Source: the human T2T-CHM13v2.0 reference genome, Homo sapiens. Taken from it: DNA of 64,000 bases. Location: NCBI RefSeq assembly GCF_009914755.1, contig NC_060933.1. One strand, written 5' to 3'. The notes below the pieces were generated by a model. That model ran no database searches. It was not told the origin of the DNA and saw nothing but the letters and a program-made list of their open reading frames with translations. The first letter of the stretch is position 1. Every line of letters starts with the position of its first letter. The position numbers and the translations under genes are program-made. Shown piece after piece: positions 15,670 to 29,910 of the stretch.

Positions 15670-15800
15670 TGATAGTCTCTTAGTTCTCTGAGCTTCACTG
15701 TACTCATTTGTGAAATAGGCATGAAAATAATTCCCACTTTTAGAGATGTTGTGAAGAGTAAATGACACAGAGACTTTAACACAATATCTGATGCGGAAAG
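15670..15800 (+). mobile_element. MIR
   Basis: ctctgagcttcactgtactcatttgtgaaatagg...gttgtgaagagtaaatga matches the MIR core. Confidence 0.7.
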
Positions 15801-16869
15801 AATTTAATAACTGATTAGTCAGAAAAAAAAGAGAAGCTGTATACTCAAAATTCTTGGTGGTAATAGTCGTGATAGTAGTAGCAATAGAATTAAAACTTTC
15901 CTTTATTTAAAAAATCAATCTATTCTACTGATTACATATATACTTAGGCCTGACTTCATAGCATAACAATCCATTTCAAATGTATTCAATTTTAAGTTTA
16001 TTCAAAAATCACTCACTAAGCTTAATATTTTCTAGGTGTTGGATTTAAACATATAAATAATACACACCACTTGCCTTTGAGTAGTTTATAATAGAATATG
16101 CAGATGCAAACAGACGAAATAGTTATGAAGACAAATTACTATAAAGGAAATATGCTGCACAGAAGGATGGGGATCAGGGAGATTGTGTTAGAACTGAAAA
16201 TAAAGTATTGATTACTATGAGCAGAATCCAGATTGTTTCTATAATACCTATAAAAATAGTTGCTATGGAAAATTAAAGGGCATTTTATAATACAATATTG
16301 TTATTTTCCTAATTCTAAAATTCCTCTGAAATTATTGTGTGGAAATATTCTCTAATAATTTTTTCTCCCTCAAGAAAATGTTTCCCCCTTCGTGGCCTAG
16401 AAAATAAAATTCTAAATACATTTCCTGGTATTCAACAGTTGTCTGCCATTTAACAATCAACTTAGGGTTTACGACTTCCTTTTACGAAATTTATACTTCA
16501 CTCAAACTGAAAGTGACTATTCTCTTCACAAACTTAAATTTTTGTTGCATCATTTGTTGCTTATTCTGTTCTCTTTTCCCTTTCCTTCCATGTCTCGTAT
16601 TATTTAAAGTCACTTAAAGTGACTTAGGAGATGAAAGGACATGAATATGCATATCAAAAATAATTTAGTGGAAAAGGCAGACATGGAATGGAAATGAACA
16701 TAAGATATCAACAGTTCCCATGCCATTTATTAAAAACTGAGACCAAGAAATCATTTATTTTTATGCCTTAATTTATCAATTTTATGCTTCTTTATTTTCT
16801 TGTCTTTCTTCTTTCCTTCTTTCCTTTCTTTTTCTGTTTATTTTTCATTTTACTTTTTTACTCTTCTAA

Positions 16870-17660
16870 GTATTAATCCAATAAATATTTATTGATTTTA
16901 CATTGTATACCAGATACTGTTCCACATAATGTTATAGGCAGGAAAATATTCTGGTAAAGAGGTAAAAAAAATCCTTGTGCATATAACTTTTACTCAGTGG
17001 GTTTCGTTAATTTCTAGGCAATTGTTTACATACTGAGAGATATGAATAAATAAATAAACAAAACAGTTATATGATATGATGACAGAATATTGTAAGTCCT
17101 CCAGAGAAAAAATAATTCCCAATAGGAATGGAAAAGAGTGAATATCTAGAAAAGGTGTGTAGCCACATTCTTTCTGAAGGATGACAGGTGAGAGACCTGA
17201 GAATATCCAGGAAAAGGGCATTTCAGATATGCCAAGGGCTTAACAAGAAGGTCCATCTGGAGTCACTGAAGAAAAGAATGTAGGCCTTGCTAGGCCAATA
17301 TTCAAATTTGGATTTTCTTCTAGGTGAAATTAGAAGCTATTGGAGAATTTTAGAGAGCCAATGTAATCAGTTAAGTTTTTAATACATAATTCAGGCCATT
17401 ATTTGGAGAATAGATTGTAGATAAGCAGCATTTTAATAAGCAGGCTCTTTCTGTCATCTGGCAGAAAAGTGATGGTAACATTGACTAGAGTCGATGGCAT
17501 GGGCATGAACTAGGTTAGTGGGCTAGGAGGTTGCGAGAAGAAATTGAATTTGAGAATATCTGGGATGGTGGTGAATTACAGGATATTTTGAAGCACTGGA
17601 TCTGAAATTGAGCAAGAAAAGAGTCAAGTGTTAATTTCAAATCTGTTGGTTTGCACCATT
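16870..17660 (-). mobile_element. L2 fragment
   Basis: caataaatatttattga...ccagatactgtt is the reverse of the L2 3' end; purine-rich L2 body follows. Confidence 0.6.
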
Positions 17661-18344
17661 TTCTAAATAGAGTACTCAGTAAGTACGTAGTAACTAAATA
17701 ACTCATTTTCACTCATTGGTAGGAGTGGTGTTAGATTTATTATTAAAATACCAATATGATTTGCAAATAAGTAATACATTTAATTTTGGTAAATGTTTGG
17801 AATGCCTTATAAAGTATCATGTCCTGAGATTTTCTTTGAAGCCTACAGAAATATATATATTCCATATAATGAAAAAGTAGAGTTGGTAATATTAGGGGAA
17901 AGTTAGATAATTTTAGAGTAATACTCACAAAGTTATAATTTTAACTGTTTCTTTGTGGGAAAGGTTTTTACTGCTCCAAGTATAGCAAGAAGAAAAGAAA
18001 TAAACTCTGCCCCTGACCTTCATCTCTATTGTGTTTGGAAGTTGTGTAATATGCTCTCTGAATTTGAATTGTGACAGCCAGCACATAGCTCCCTAGATAC
18101 CCCTAAAACCAATTAAGAAAAGATTATGCTTCTATTCCTCCAGTATATGCACTCATTGGGAGAACTGATTTTCCCTTTTGCCCCAGTGACATAAAACTTC
18201 TCATAGTCCCCAGCCTTTCCTTCTGCTTTTTTGCCTTTACTTCAACTTAGTTTTCATTCTAAACATTATTATCCTCCAAGATTGGCTTCAGTAAGTTTAT
18301 TCCATACTTTTATAGCAATCTGTGATTAGCTATATTATTGCACA

Positions 18345-19321
18345 ATAGAAGTAGGGTGGAGTGGAGGGAGTTGACTCTCTTGTTGGGGGTACCTCTATGG
18401 TTTGCTTCCCTAGTTCCCTGGGCTTGCCCCTTGCAGCCTCTCCTAATATGGCCACTAGGAGAGTTGAATCAATTCTAAAATGTCGGCAAAGGTCCAGATT
18501 ACTCTGCAAGGCAAAGAAGGCCTGCACATATGAGACCTCGGTCCATTTGCCCTCACATTTACAGAAAACGTCCCATTACAGAAAAAGTCCAATACTGCAG
18601 AATGGTATTGAAATTCATGCTTTCTTCCTGAAGCCATGCTTCTTTTCTGTGCCTCAAGGTTCTTGGCACTAAGTTGGCAACCAAGGAAACGACAAGAGCA
18701 TTTTCAACACATATTTATATACAGATACCAAGGCACACTTTCCTTTTGTCTGTGCCACTCTTAACCTTCCATTTTATACTTTTGATGACTAAGCCAAATT
18801 CTCATTCAACCCAGTAGTATTATCTCTGTGGTTTGCAACAATACCCTTAACAGTGTATATAAAAAAGAGATAGGAATCATTACAGCCACAAAAGAAAGGA
18901 TGATAGGAACAACTAGGTCCTAGTGATGACATCCTAATGGGTGGTCGAGAACTAAAGTTATTCCAGGGGTCTTTGGATAACACCAAGTTGTAGCCTCAGC
19001 CAGATACACTCCCTTGCCCCAGAACTTCCTTCCAACCCCACCCAATGGCTAGATCTCCATGAAGGGAAACTGGATTGGAACAAAGGCAACATTCCCAACA
19101 CCCAGGGTTGATGGGGGATTCACAGTGTCCTCCCTAGTGACCCCATGCCTTAAGTCTGGCAGCCATGCTAGTCACTTTTAAATGACTGACAGAGGGCTGG
19201 CATTTATTTATTTATTTATTCCTTTTTTACTACTGTGGAGTTTAGGGGCTCTAAAAAAAAAGAACAAAGTGCAAGTCCACTTTTACTCACTCTTTGCAGA
19301 TCCTGGACGAGCCCTGTGAAA
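18345..19321 (-). mobile_element. ERV1 internal remnant (MER52-int/HUERS-P3-like): PBS-Pro, leader, disrupted gag 5' end
   Basis: 19300-19317 matches the tRNA-Pro PBS (TGGGGGCTCGTCCGGGAT) at 14/18. Minus-strand translation WLQEESMNFNTILQ..LDFFC..CEGKWTEVSYVQAFFALQSNLDLC resembles the HERV9/W-class Gag matrix motif SINYNTILQLDLFC..EGKWSEVPYVQ. Confidence 0.8.
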
Positions 19322-20618
19322 TGTTACGGAATCCTTGGAGTGTTGTTTTTCCAGCTAGAAACCACTGTGGGCAGTGGCACCTTTGCCCCCGTTTTGCTCA
19401 GGCCCTCTGGGCTCATTTTGCCTACTCGGCTTGGCAGCCTGCACTGGCCTCACTCTCCCAGCCTGGATCCCATGCTTTCCAAGGGCAAGCAGAGTGGTGA
19501 GGGGTGTGTGAGCAAGCAAACATGAGTTCTGGCCACTGCTTACAGCCAGGCATGATGGCTGCAATGGGACAGGCAGCTCCAGGCACAGACAGAGGTGCCA
19601 GTTCCCTGTGAGTCCTTGCTCTCCTGTTGTCTCTTCAGCTCTCAGCAGAGGGGAGACCCCGGGGTGGGTAGCTACTTTCTGCAGCTTGCTGTCCCGTATC
19701 TCCTCAGCTCTCAGTAGAGAGGAGAGCCTTTGGTGGGTAGGTCTTCTCTGCAGCCTGTCATCCTGTCATCTCCTCAAGTCTGACTGAATCTGGAGCTTAT
19801 ATGGGCCTCAGAGGGGAGGAGGTGTGCGCTGATAGGTCCAGGGCAGGCATAAGCAGGCTTGGAGAAAACACCACAAGTTTCCACTCTGGTCTGTGGGACC
19901 AACAACCCAGCTTCCAGGTTTCAGGCCCTCCCCAGCTTAAAGGTGGGGCTCCACCAGGCACCCGCCCTCTTCTGCCAAGGAGCCTGTCTGCTTCCTGATG
20001 CCCTTAATGACACCCAGGCCGTTTATGCCAAAGGGTGGGTCAGGCCAGCGCCAAGCTGCCCTCAACACCCCCGCCTTGGCCTCCCTCTCGTGTTTGTTGC
20101 CACCCAAATCTGGAGGGGGCTGAGGCAGCAGGGGCTGGAGTGTCAGTGCTGCCCTGAGCATACACCAGCCTGTCCAGGCTGCAACAGCGCCTGGGGTCAG
20201 CCCCAATCTTGCTCTGAGATCAGAGCAGGTGCTGGGAGTTGGGAGAGGCCCAACAGCGGGAGCAGGCACTTCCAAGCCTGTAGGGGCAGCCTGGGCCTTC
20301 CAGGGCCCCTGATCATGCAGGGGTCCCTGGGTCCACAACCACAGCTGGGTGGCTGCAGTTGTGCCCAGCAGGGTGGGGCTCCTGACTGCTCCGGGCCCCC
20401 AAGAGTACTGGGATACCTGACTCTGCAGCTCCAGCTGGGTGGCTGCATCTGTGCCGGGGGAGTGTGAAGTTCCCTCCCTGTCAGCTCTGAAGGGGGCAGG
20501 GCTTCCCCCTGTCCCTGGCTCCCGCTGGCTCCATGGAATGCACAACCCCAGCCATGCCTTCCCCACTGCAGCTGGTGTCATGGCAGCTTCTGCTCTAGAT
20601 GGACCACTGCTGCCATCA
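19322..20618 (-). mobile_element. MER52-family long GC-rich ERV1 LTR (5' LTR)
   Basis: Termini TGTTACGGAATCCTTGGAGTG and GGACCACTGCTGCCATCA are the reverse of the MER52 consensus; ~1.3 kb; adjacent to the PBS. Confidence 0.85.
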
Positions 20619-23600
20619 GTACTACCTGTGAAGTCCCAGTGGTGGTGGCCACACTAGGATTGCACTAGGTCAGACCTGATGCTAATGCAGCACTGGGCCT
20701 TACCCAAGTGGGGTGCAGTGCTTGTGTCACCCCACTGCAAGCCCAAGGTGACTCAGCAAGGAGAGGCAGACTCCATTTGTTGGGAAGAAAGTAAGGGAAG
20801 AGAACAAGTCCGTACCTGGCAATTCAGAGAATTCTTCTGGATTTTATCCAAGAACACCAACACACTACCTCTATGACTGCGAGAACCACCGCATTAGTGG
20901 CATTGGGGTGCCGCCTAATGTAGATACAGTTTAGGTGGCAGCACCCAAGTTCTTTTAAATACCTGAAATCCTTTCCAAACAAGCCCCGACTGTGAAGACT
21001 ATAAGAAATACCTAACTACTCAATGCCCAGACACTGATAACATCTACAAGCATCAAGGCCATCCAGGAAAACATGACATCATTAAACGAACTAAATAAGG
21101 TGCCAAGGATCAATCCTGGAGAAAGAGAGATATGTGAGCTTTCAGGCAGAGATTTCAAAAGAATTGTTCTGAGAAAACTCAAAGAAATTTGAGCTAACAC
21201 AGAGAAGAAATTAATAATTCTATCAGATAAATTTAACAGAGATTGGAATAATTTAAAGGATTCAATCAGAAATTCTGGAGCCAAAAATGCAATTGGCATA
21301 TTGAAGAATGCATCAGAGTCTTACAATAGCAGAATCGATTAAGTGGAAGAAAGAATTAATGAGCTTAAAGACAGATTATTTGAAAATACAAAGTCAGAGC
21401 AGACAAAAGAAAAAAAGAGTTTAAAAAATGAAACATGACTACACAATCAAGAAAATTGCCTCAAAAGAACAAATCTAAGAGCTACTGGCCTTGGAGAGGA
21501 GGTAGAGAAAAAGACAGGGGAAGAAAATTTATTCAAGGGAATAGTAACAGATAAATTACCAAACCTAGAGGATTACATCAAAATCCAAGTACAAAAAGGT
21601 TATAGAATACCAAAGAGATTTAACCCTAACAAGACTACCTCATGGCATTTAATGATCAAACTTGAAAATGTTGAGAGGATCCTAAAGCAGCAAGAGGAAA
21701 GAAACAACATACAAAGGAACTCCAATATGTCTGGCAACAGACTTTTCAGTGGAAACCTCATAGTCCAGAAAAGAGTGGTATGACATATTTAATGTACAGA
21801 AGGAAAAATAGCCTTTAGCATAAATAGTGTATTTGGTGAAAATGTCTTTCAAACAGGAAGGAGAAATAAAGACCTTCCCAGACAATCAAAAGCTGAGGTA
21901 TTTCACCAACAGCAGGCCTGCTCTACAAGAAATCCTAAAGGTAGTTCTTCAATCTGAAAGAAAAGGATGTTAAAAAGAAAGAAAAAATCATGTGTAGGTA
22001 CAAAATTCATTGGTAATAGTAAGCACACAGTAAAACAGGATACTATAACACTGTAACTGTGGTGTGTAAACTACTCTTACCTAAGTAGGAAGACTATAAG
22101 ATGAACCAATCAAATATAATAACAACTTTTCAAAACATACACAGTAAAATAGAAACAACAAAAAATTAAAAAGAAGAAGAACAAATTTAAAGTGTAAAGT
22201 TTTTAATTAGCTTTCTTTTTGCTTGTTATTTTGTTTGGTTATGCAAGTAGTGTTAAGTAGCTACCAGCCTAAAATGATGCCTTGTAAAATGGTATTTGCA
22301 AGTCTCATGGTATTCTCAAATCAAAAAACATACAATGGATACACACTCACAAAAACAACAACCAAAAAAAACCCCAAAATCCCAAGTAATTAAATCATTT
22401 CACCAGAGAAAATCACCTTCACTGAAAGAAAAAAGGGAAGGCAGGACAGAGAGAAGAGAAGATGAGAAAAACAACCAGAAAACAAAATGGCAGGAGAAAG
22501 TCCTTACTTATCAATAATAATATTGAATGGAAATGAACTAAACTCACCAACAAAAATATATAGAGTCGCTGAATAAATTAAAAAAAACAAGACCCAATGA
22601 TCTGTTGCCTACAAAAATGCATTTCACCTATAAAGTTACACATAGACTGAAAAAGAAATAGAAAAAGATATTCCATGCCAATGGAAACCAAAAAAGAGCA
22701 AGGATTTCTATACATATGTCAGAAAAAAATAGATTTCAAGACAAAAACTGTAAGAAGAGACAAGAAAGGTCATTATATAATGATAAAGGGGTCAATTCAG
22801 CAAGATGATATAACAATTGTAAATATATGTGCCCAACACCGGAGCACCTAGATATATAAAACAAATATTATTAAAGCTAAAGAAAGAGACAGACCTCAAT
22901 ACAATAATAGCTGGATATTTCAACATCCCACTTTCAGCATTAGGATGATGCCTTAGACAGAAAATCAACATAGAAATATCAGACTTAATCTGTACTGTAG
23001 ACCAAATGGACTTAATAGATATTTACAGAACATTTCACCCAATGGTTGCATAATACATATTCTTCTCCTCAGTACATGGATTATTCTCAAGGATAGACCA
23101 TATGTTAGGTAACAAAATAAGACTTAAAATATTCAAAAAATTTGAAATAATATCAAGCATCTTCTCTGATCATGTGGAATAAAACTAGAAACCAATAACA
23201 AGAGCAATTTTGGAAATTATGCAAACATTTGGATTTTAACAATATGCTCATGAATGACCAGTAGGTCAATGAAGAAATTAAGAAGGAAACTGAAAATATT
23301 ATTGAAACAAATTATAATGAAAACACTACAGACCAAAACCTATGGGATATAGTAAAAACAGTACTAAGAGAGAAATATTTAGCTTATAGCTAAAAATATA
23401 TCAAAAAAGAAGAAATAATTCGAATAAATAACCCAGAGATACAGCTTGAGGAATTAGAAAATCAAGAGCAAACTGAAACTAAAATTAGTAGAAGAAAATA
23501 AATAATAAAGATTATTATTATAAAGATAAATGAAATTGAGATGAAGATAGCAATACAAAAGATCAATGAAACAAAAAATTGGTTTCTTTGACAAGATAAA

Positions 23601-26600
23601 TTAAACTGACAAACCATTATCCAGAGTAATTAAGAAAAAAAAAGAGAGAAGACCTGAATAAATAAAATCAGAGATTAAAAAAAGGGAGACATAACAACAA
23701 ATACCACAGAAATTTAAAGGATCATTAGTGGCTATCATGAGCAACTAAATTGAAATGAATTGTAAAATCTGAAAGAAATGGATAAATTCCTAGACACATT
23801 CAATCTATCAATATTGAACCGTGAAAAAACCCAAAACTTGAACAGATTAAAAAAAGGTAATGAGATCAAAGCTATAATGAAAAGTCTCCTACTAAAGAAA
23901 AGCCTGAAACCTGATGGCTTTACTGTTGAATTGTATCAAACATTTAAAGAGAAACTAATATGTATTCTACTCAAACTATTCCAAAAAATAGAGAAGAGAA
24001 TACTTCCAAACTATTTCTATGAGGCCATTGTTACCCTAATACCAAAACCAAAGACACATTACAAAAAACTACAGGGCAATATTACTGATGAATGTTGATG
24101 CAAATATTAACAAAATACTAGCAAATTAAATTAAACAACACATTAAAAAGATTATTCATCATGACCATGTGGGGTTTTTCCCAGGGATGCGGGATGATTC
24201 GACATATACAAATTAATCAATGTGATACATCATATCAAAAGAATGAAGGACAAAAGTAATATGATCATTTCAATTCACACTGAAAAATCATTCAACAAAA
24301 TTAAATATCCCTTCATGATAAAAACACTTAAGAAACAGGGTATAGAAGAAACATAACATAATAAAGGCCATCTGACATACTCATAGCTAGTATCATATTG
24401 AATAGGTAAAAACTGATGGCCTTCCTTCTAAGATCTAGAATATGGCAAGAACGCCCACTGTCATCACTGTTATTCAACATAGTACTGGATGTCCAAGCTA
24501 CAGTAATCAGACAAGAGAAAGAAATAAAGAACATCCAAATTGAAAAGAAAAAGTCAAATTATTCTTCTTTGCAAATGATATGATCTTACATGTGAAAAAA
24601 TCTAAAGTTTTCACCAAAAGACTATCAGAACTGATAAATTCAGTAAAGTTTCAGGATACAAAATAAACCTACAAAAATCAGAAGTATTTCTATATCACAG
24701 CAGTCAACAACCTAAAAAGAATTTAAGAAAGTAATCCCATTTACAATATCTACAAATAAAATAAAATGCCTGAAAAGTAACCAAAGAAGTGAAAGCTCAC
24801 TACAATAAAAACTCTAAAACATTGATGCAATAAATAGAAGAAGACACACACAAAAATTGAAAGGTATCCAATGTCCACAGATTGGAAAAATCAATATTGT
24901 TAAAACATCCATGTTACACAGTGCAATCGACATTCAGTGCAATCCCTATCAAAATACTAATAACATTCTTCACAGAAACAAAAAAAAAATCTTAAAATTT
25001 AGATGGAATCACAAAAGACCCAGAATAGCCAAAGTTATCCTTCCCAAAATGAACAAAACTGGAACACTCATTACTTGAGTGTAAATTATACTACAGAGCT
25101 CTAGTAACCAAAAGAGTATGGTGCTGGCACAAAAACAGACAGCAGTGGAACAGAATTGAGATCCCAGAAATAAATCCATGCGTCTACAGTTAGCTGATTT
25201 TTGACAAAAGTGCCAAGAATATACATTGAGAAAGGACAGTCTCTTCAATAAATAGTGCTGGGAAAACTAATATCCATATGCAGAAGAATGAAACTAGACC
25301 CCTGTCACTCACCACATGCAAAAATCAAATCAAAATGAATTAAAGACTTAAACCTATGACCTCAATCTATGAAACTACTAAAGGAAAACTTTGGAGAAAC
25401 TCTGTAGGACATTGGAATGTGTAATGATTTCTAATACCTCACAAGCACAGGCAACCAAAGCAAAAATGGACATATGGACACATCAAGTTAAAAACCTTCT
25501 GCATAGCAAAGGAAAAACTCAACAAAGTGAAGAGACAGCCCACAGAATGGAGCTCCCCATCTGACAAGGGATTAATAACCAGAATATGTAAGGAACTCAA
25601 AAAACTCTACAGCAAAAAAAATCTAATAATCTGATTTTTAAATGGCAAAAGATTTGTATAAACATTTATCAAAAGAAGACATCCAAATGGCAAACCAGCA
25701 TATAAAAAGGTGCTCAACATCACTGATCATCAGAGAAAGGCAAATCAAAACTACTATGAGATATCATCTCACTCCTGTTATAATATTTTTTTACCCAAAA
25801 GTCAGGCGATAAATGTTGGCAAGGATATGGAGAAAAGGGAATCCTTTTACATTACTGGTGGGACCACTGCTACTTGTATACTTGTACGTTGTTAGTACAA
25901 CCACTATGGAGAACAGTTTGGAGGGTCCTCAAAAAACTAAAAATTGAGCTACCATATGATCCAGCAATTCCACTGCTAGGTATATGCCCCAAAGGAAGAA
26001 AAACAGTATATATTAAGAGATGTCTTCACTCCTATGTTTGCTGCAGCACTGTTTGCAATACCTAAAATTTTGAAGCAATCTAAGTGTTCATCAAAAGATG
26101 AATGGATAAAGAAAATGTGGTACATATACACAATGCAGTACTATTTAGCCATTAAAAAGAATGTGATCCAGTTATTTGCAACAACATGGTTAGAACTTGA
26201 ATCATTATGTGAAGTGAAATAAGCCAGGCACAGAAAGACAAACATCACGTATTCTCATTTATTCGTGGGATCTATAAATCAAAACAATTGAACTCATGAA
26301 CATAAAGTAGAAGGATGGTTACCAGAGGCTGAGAAGAATAGTGAGAAGCTGGGAATTAGGGGGTGAGAATGGTTAACGGGTACAAAAAATAGTTAGAAAT
26401 AATGAATAAGACCTAGTATTTGCAAACACAAGGTAATTATAGTCTAAAATAATTTGATTCCACATTTTAAAAAGAGTATAATTGGATTATTTGTAAACAA
26501 AGGGTAAATGCTTGAGAAGATGGATACACCATTTACCCTGATGTGATTATTACATATTGCATACCTGTGCCAAAATATCTCATGTAACCCATAAGTATGT

Positions 26601-26642
26601 ACAATTATTATGTACCCACAAAAATTAAAAATTAATAAAAAA
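20619..26642 (+). mobile_element. Near full-length decayed L1MA (L1MA1-3-like) LINE-1
   Basis: 5'UTR part, ORF1 remnant from ~21022, ORF2 remnant from ~22487 (endonuclease start), RT-region fragments ([10 protein letters not shown]...[14 protein letters not shown]; [14 protein letters not shown]), and 3' end tatgtacccacaaaaattaaaaatt; many stops and frameshifts. Confidence 0.93.
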
Positions 26643-26842
26643 GATCCATTTGCACAAGCAAAAAATGCATAATAAATGTAAAGTTCGTTTAGCATTAAAA
26701 AGTACATCATTGATTTCATAAATGTAATTACTTATTAGGTAACAATAACAAATAATACAACTTCTGCTAAATAAAACATGGTTGAATTTCAAAAATATAT
26801 GTTTGTTAGGCAAAAGAGTACAGAACACTCTCTCTCTCTCTC

Positions 26843-27180
<338 letters not shown>

Positions 27181-27639
27181 AGAATGCTCTCAAGGTGGAA
27201 AAGCATTTTAACTAGAAACAGACATGTGGGAACCTTTGGGATGCTGGAAATATTCTGTATATTACTCTCATAGTTGTTACATGAGTGACTAGATATGGAA
27301 AAACTCATCAAGTTGTACACTTAACATCTAGGAATTTTACTATTCTAAAATTTTGTATTTCAATTTTAAAAATCCTGTGAATGGGTTGGTAGAAGAAGAC
27401 AATTCATCCCTTTGAGCCATGACTGTATTACACAGACTGTCTTAATTGCACTTTCATCCTGTATTGCCAATATTAAATCGTATGCATATTTTCAACTCTT
27501 TATTATTTATCTTAGAAGAACAGAGCACCAGATCCTAAGATTCTATTATAGTATCCTCAGTATCTAACTCATTGCCTGGCATGAAATCTACATAAACAAC
27601 AAACGTAAAAGGTGATTGTGAGGAATACATATTATAGAT

Positions 27640-29910
27640 TTGGATAATAATCCAGAAAGATACAATCCCAAATGCCATAATTCCAAATGTTGAAATCCTG
27701 AATCATCAAAATTTCTAATGTTAAAAATTCCTAAAGTCTAAAACTCTTTTGTCTGAAATCCCTAACATCTAAATTTCTGAAAATAACACCACAAGGTACT
27801 TGCATCATGTTACGCGCAATTATTACTTTGTTATTGCCTTTGTGTAGAAGAAAATTATTTTCAATTGAATCTACAAACTAGATAATGACAAATCTGGAAT
27901 TCGATACAATCAAGGCTTCTAAAAGTGAATTTTAAGGTGTTACCAATAAAGTTCGACTTTGCCATTCAGCCCAAGGCATTTGGCTGAAAATTCAGACGAG
28001 TGGATTGGCCACATGATACAGCAACCACAAAAACTTCAGCTTGCCAGCATTGGCAATACTTCTAGCTGATGACATTTCAGGAACTTTTAATGAATTGAAG
28101 CTGCATATGCCTGAAGCCCCTGCAGCCACTGACCGGTTAGAAAATAATTATGCAAATAGTAAGATAAGAAGAAAATTATGTAAGTGTGTTACTGTTTTAT
28201 CACCAGTATTGTTTTCACCAAACTTGTGGTCTGTATATGAATGCATGCAGAATGGATTTCCTTGTGCTACAAACAACATAGAAACATGGCACAGAAGATG
28301 GGAAAATGCAATAAGGAATGCCCATGTTGGTATGTGGGGGGAATCATGGAATAATTGCTAAAAGAGCAGCGCCACATAGTGTATGAATGTGAAAGTGTTA
28401 CTGAAAAGAGGTTCCAATTCAGACCCCAAGAGAGGGCCCTTGGATCTCACACAAGAAACAATTCAGAGTGAGTTCAAAGAGTAAAGTGAAAGCAGGTTTA
28501 TTAAGAAAGTAAAGGAATGAAAGAATGGCTACTTCATAGACAGAGCAGCCCCAAGGGCTGCTGGTTGCCCATTTTTAATGGGTATTTCTTGATGGTATGC
28601 TAAACAAGGGGTGGTTTATTCATGCCTCCCCTTTTTAGACCATGTGGGGTAACTTCCTGACGTTGCCATGGCACCTGTAAACTATTATGGCACTGGTGGG
28701 AGTGTAGCAATGAGGACGACTAGGGGTCACTCTCGTGGTCATCTTGGTTTTGGTGGGTTTTAGCTGGCTTCTTTACTGCAACCAGTTTTATCAGCAAGAT
28801 CTTTATGACCTATATTTTATGCTGACCTCCTATCTCATCTTGTGACTTAGAATGCCTTAACCTTCTTGGGAACGCAGCCCAGCAGGTCTTAGCCTTATTT
28901 TACCCAGCTCCTATTCAAGATAGGGTTGCTCTGGTTCACATGCCTCTGACAAAAGTATTCTCTAAGCAGAGCGATGTTCTAAAAGAAAAAAAAGCAATTA
29001 TTCATCTGGATGCAAGACTTCAAAATACAGTTAATGATCATGAAAATTGCCAGCTCGTATGGCCTATCTCCATGCAATTGCCCATAATCTATATACCGTA
29101 ATACACATTTTCATATGTCAAATTTTTAATTTCTTAGTTTTTCTTTTTTTAGTTTTTTTTTCACTATTTTAAATTGTCAGCATTTTTTTTCCTAATTCTT
29201 TATGCTCTATATGTTATCTTCACATAATTTCCAATACTGGAGGTATAAATTGTCTAAAGACTTTTAGAGAATTATAATTAGTTTTATGCATGTTTGGCAA
29301 ATGTGACAATGAAATTGCATTATCACAACACTGACTTTGTGTGTAAGCATTGTGCACATACGCAAAAACGAAACTCTCTCAGTACATGAAGAGACGTGCT
29401 TTTTGTGAAAGACAAAATTCCTTGAGATCTTGGCTCTTAGGGTGACTGGTGCAATTGTGATGCAGTAGTGACCGATTGTGGTTTTTGACTAATCTCATCA
29501 AAGGACTTAGGTTGTCCTTCTAGGTACCTCAGATGACTGCAGTTATAAAGCTGGGTGCACACAATTACTAACCACAGTAATATGCATTTATACATTTTGC
29601 TTTTTGACCAATTTTTTATTAATATAGTTTATCCACTCATAACTGTTATATTATCTGTTGTTAGCCTACCTAGATGTTTATGCTTACAAAAATATGTATG
29701 TTGTATTGCCTATTTTATTGTATAAAGTGGCCCATGATGTGTTCCATCATGTTTTTATGTTTCTCAAACAAATTTCCTTTTAAAAATGTAAATAAATACA
29801 TCTTTAAAATTTTTATTTCTTCAGAATTATATTTTTTGAATTTTGATGTGTCAGGATTTTAACATTCAGGATTACGGCATCAGGGTTGTGTCTTTCAGGA
29901 TTGTGACTGG
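27640..29910 (+). mobile_element. Ricksha-type MULE/MuDR DNA transposon with decayed transposase and ~70-bp TIRs
   Basis: Left 27647-27713 and right 29838-29905 are inverted repeats; IMTNLEFDTIKA..EF*GVTNKVRLCHSAQGIWLKIQ..GL and LWSVY....FPCATNNIETWHRRW are MULE transposase motifs. Confidence 0.88.
28396..28951 (-). mobile_element. MER41A solo LTR (ERV1) nested in the MULE element
   Basis: Reverse strand starts TGTCAGAGGCATGTGAACCAGAGCAAC; exact 4-bp TSD AAAG/AAAG; aaaaaggggaggcatgaata junction of the MER41A type. Confidence 0.9.

Noticed and set aside
19859-20581. Longest non-TYRP1 ORFs (202 aa on +, 214 aa on -)
   Set aside because: Both lie wholly inside the GC-rich MER52 LTR, where stops are rare. 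They overlap antisense and show no recognisable domain.
21000-26250. RT/endonuclease-like ORFs as a novel retroelement system
   Set aside because: These are ordinary decayed L1 ORF1/ORF2 with many stops and frameshifts.
27647-27790. Short spaced subrepeats resembling a CRISPR-like array
   Set aside because: They are degenerate TIR subrepeats of the MULE element, with no constant repeat-spacer period; the DNA is eukaryotic.
28396-28951. MER41 as an interferon-gamma/STAT1 enhancer
   Set aside because: This copy has the MER41A-type junction (aaaaaggggaggcatgaata) and lacks the tandem GAS segment of MER41B.
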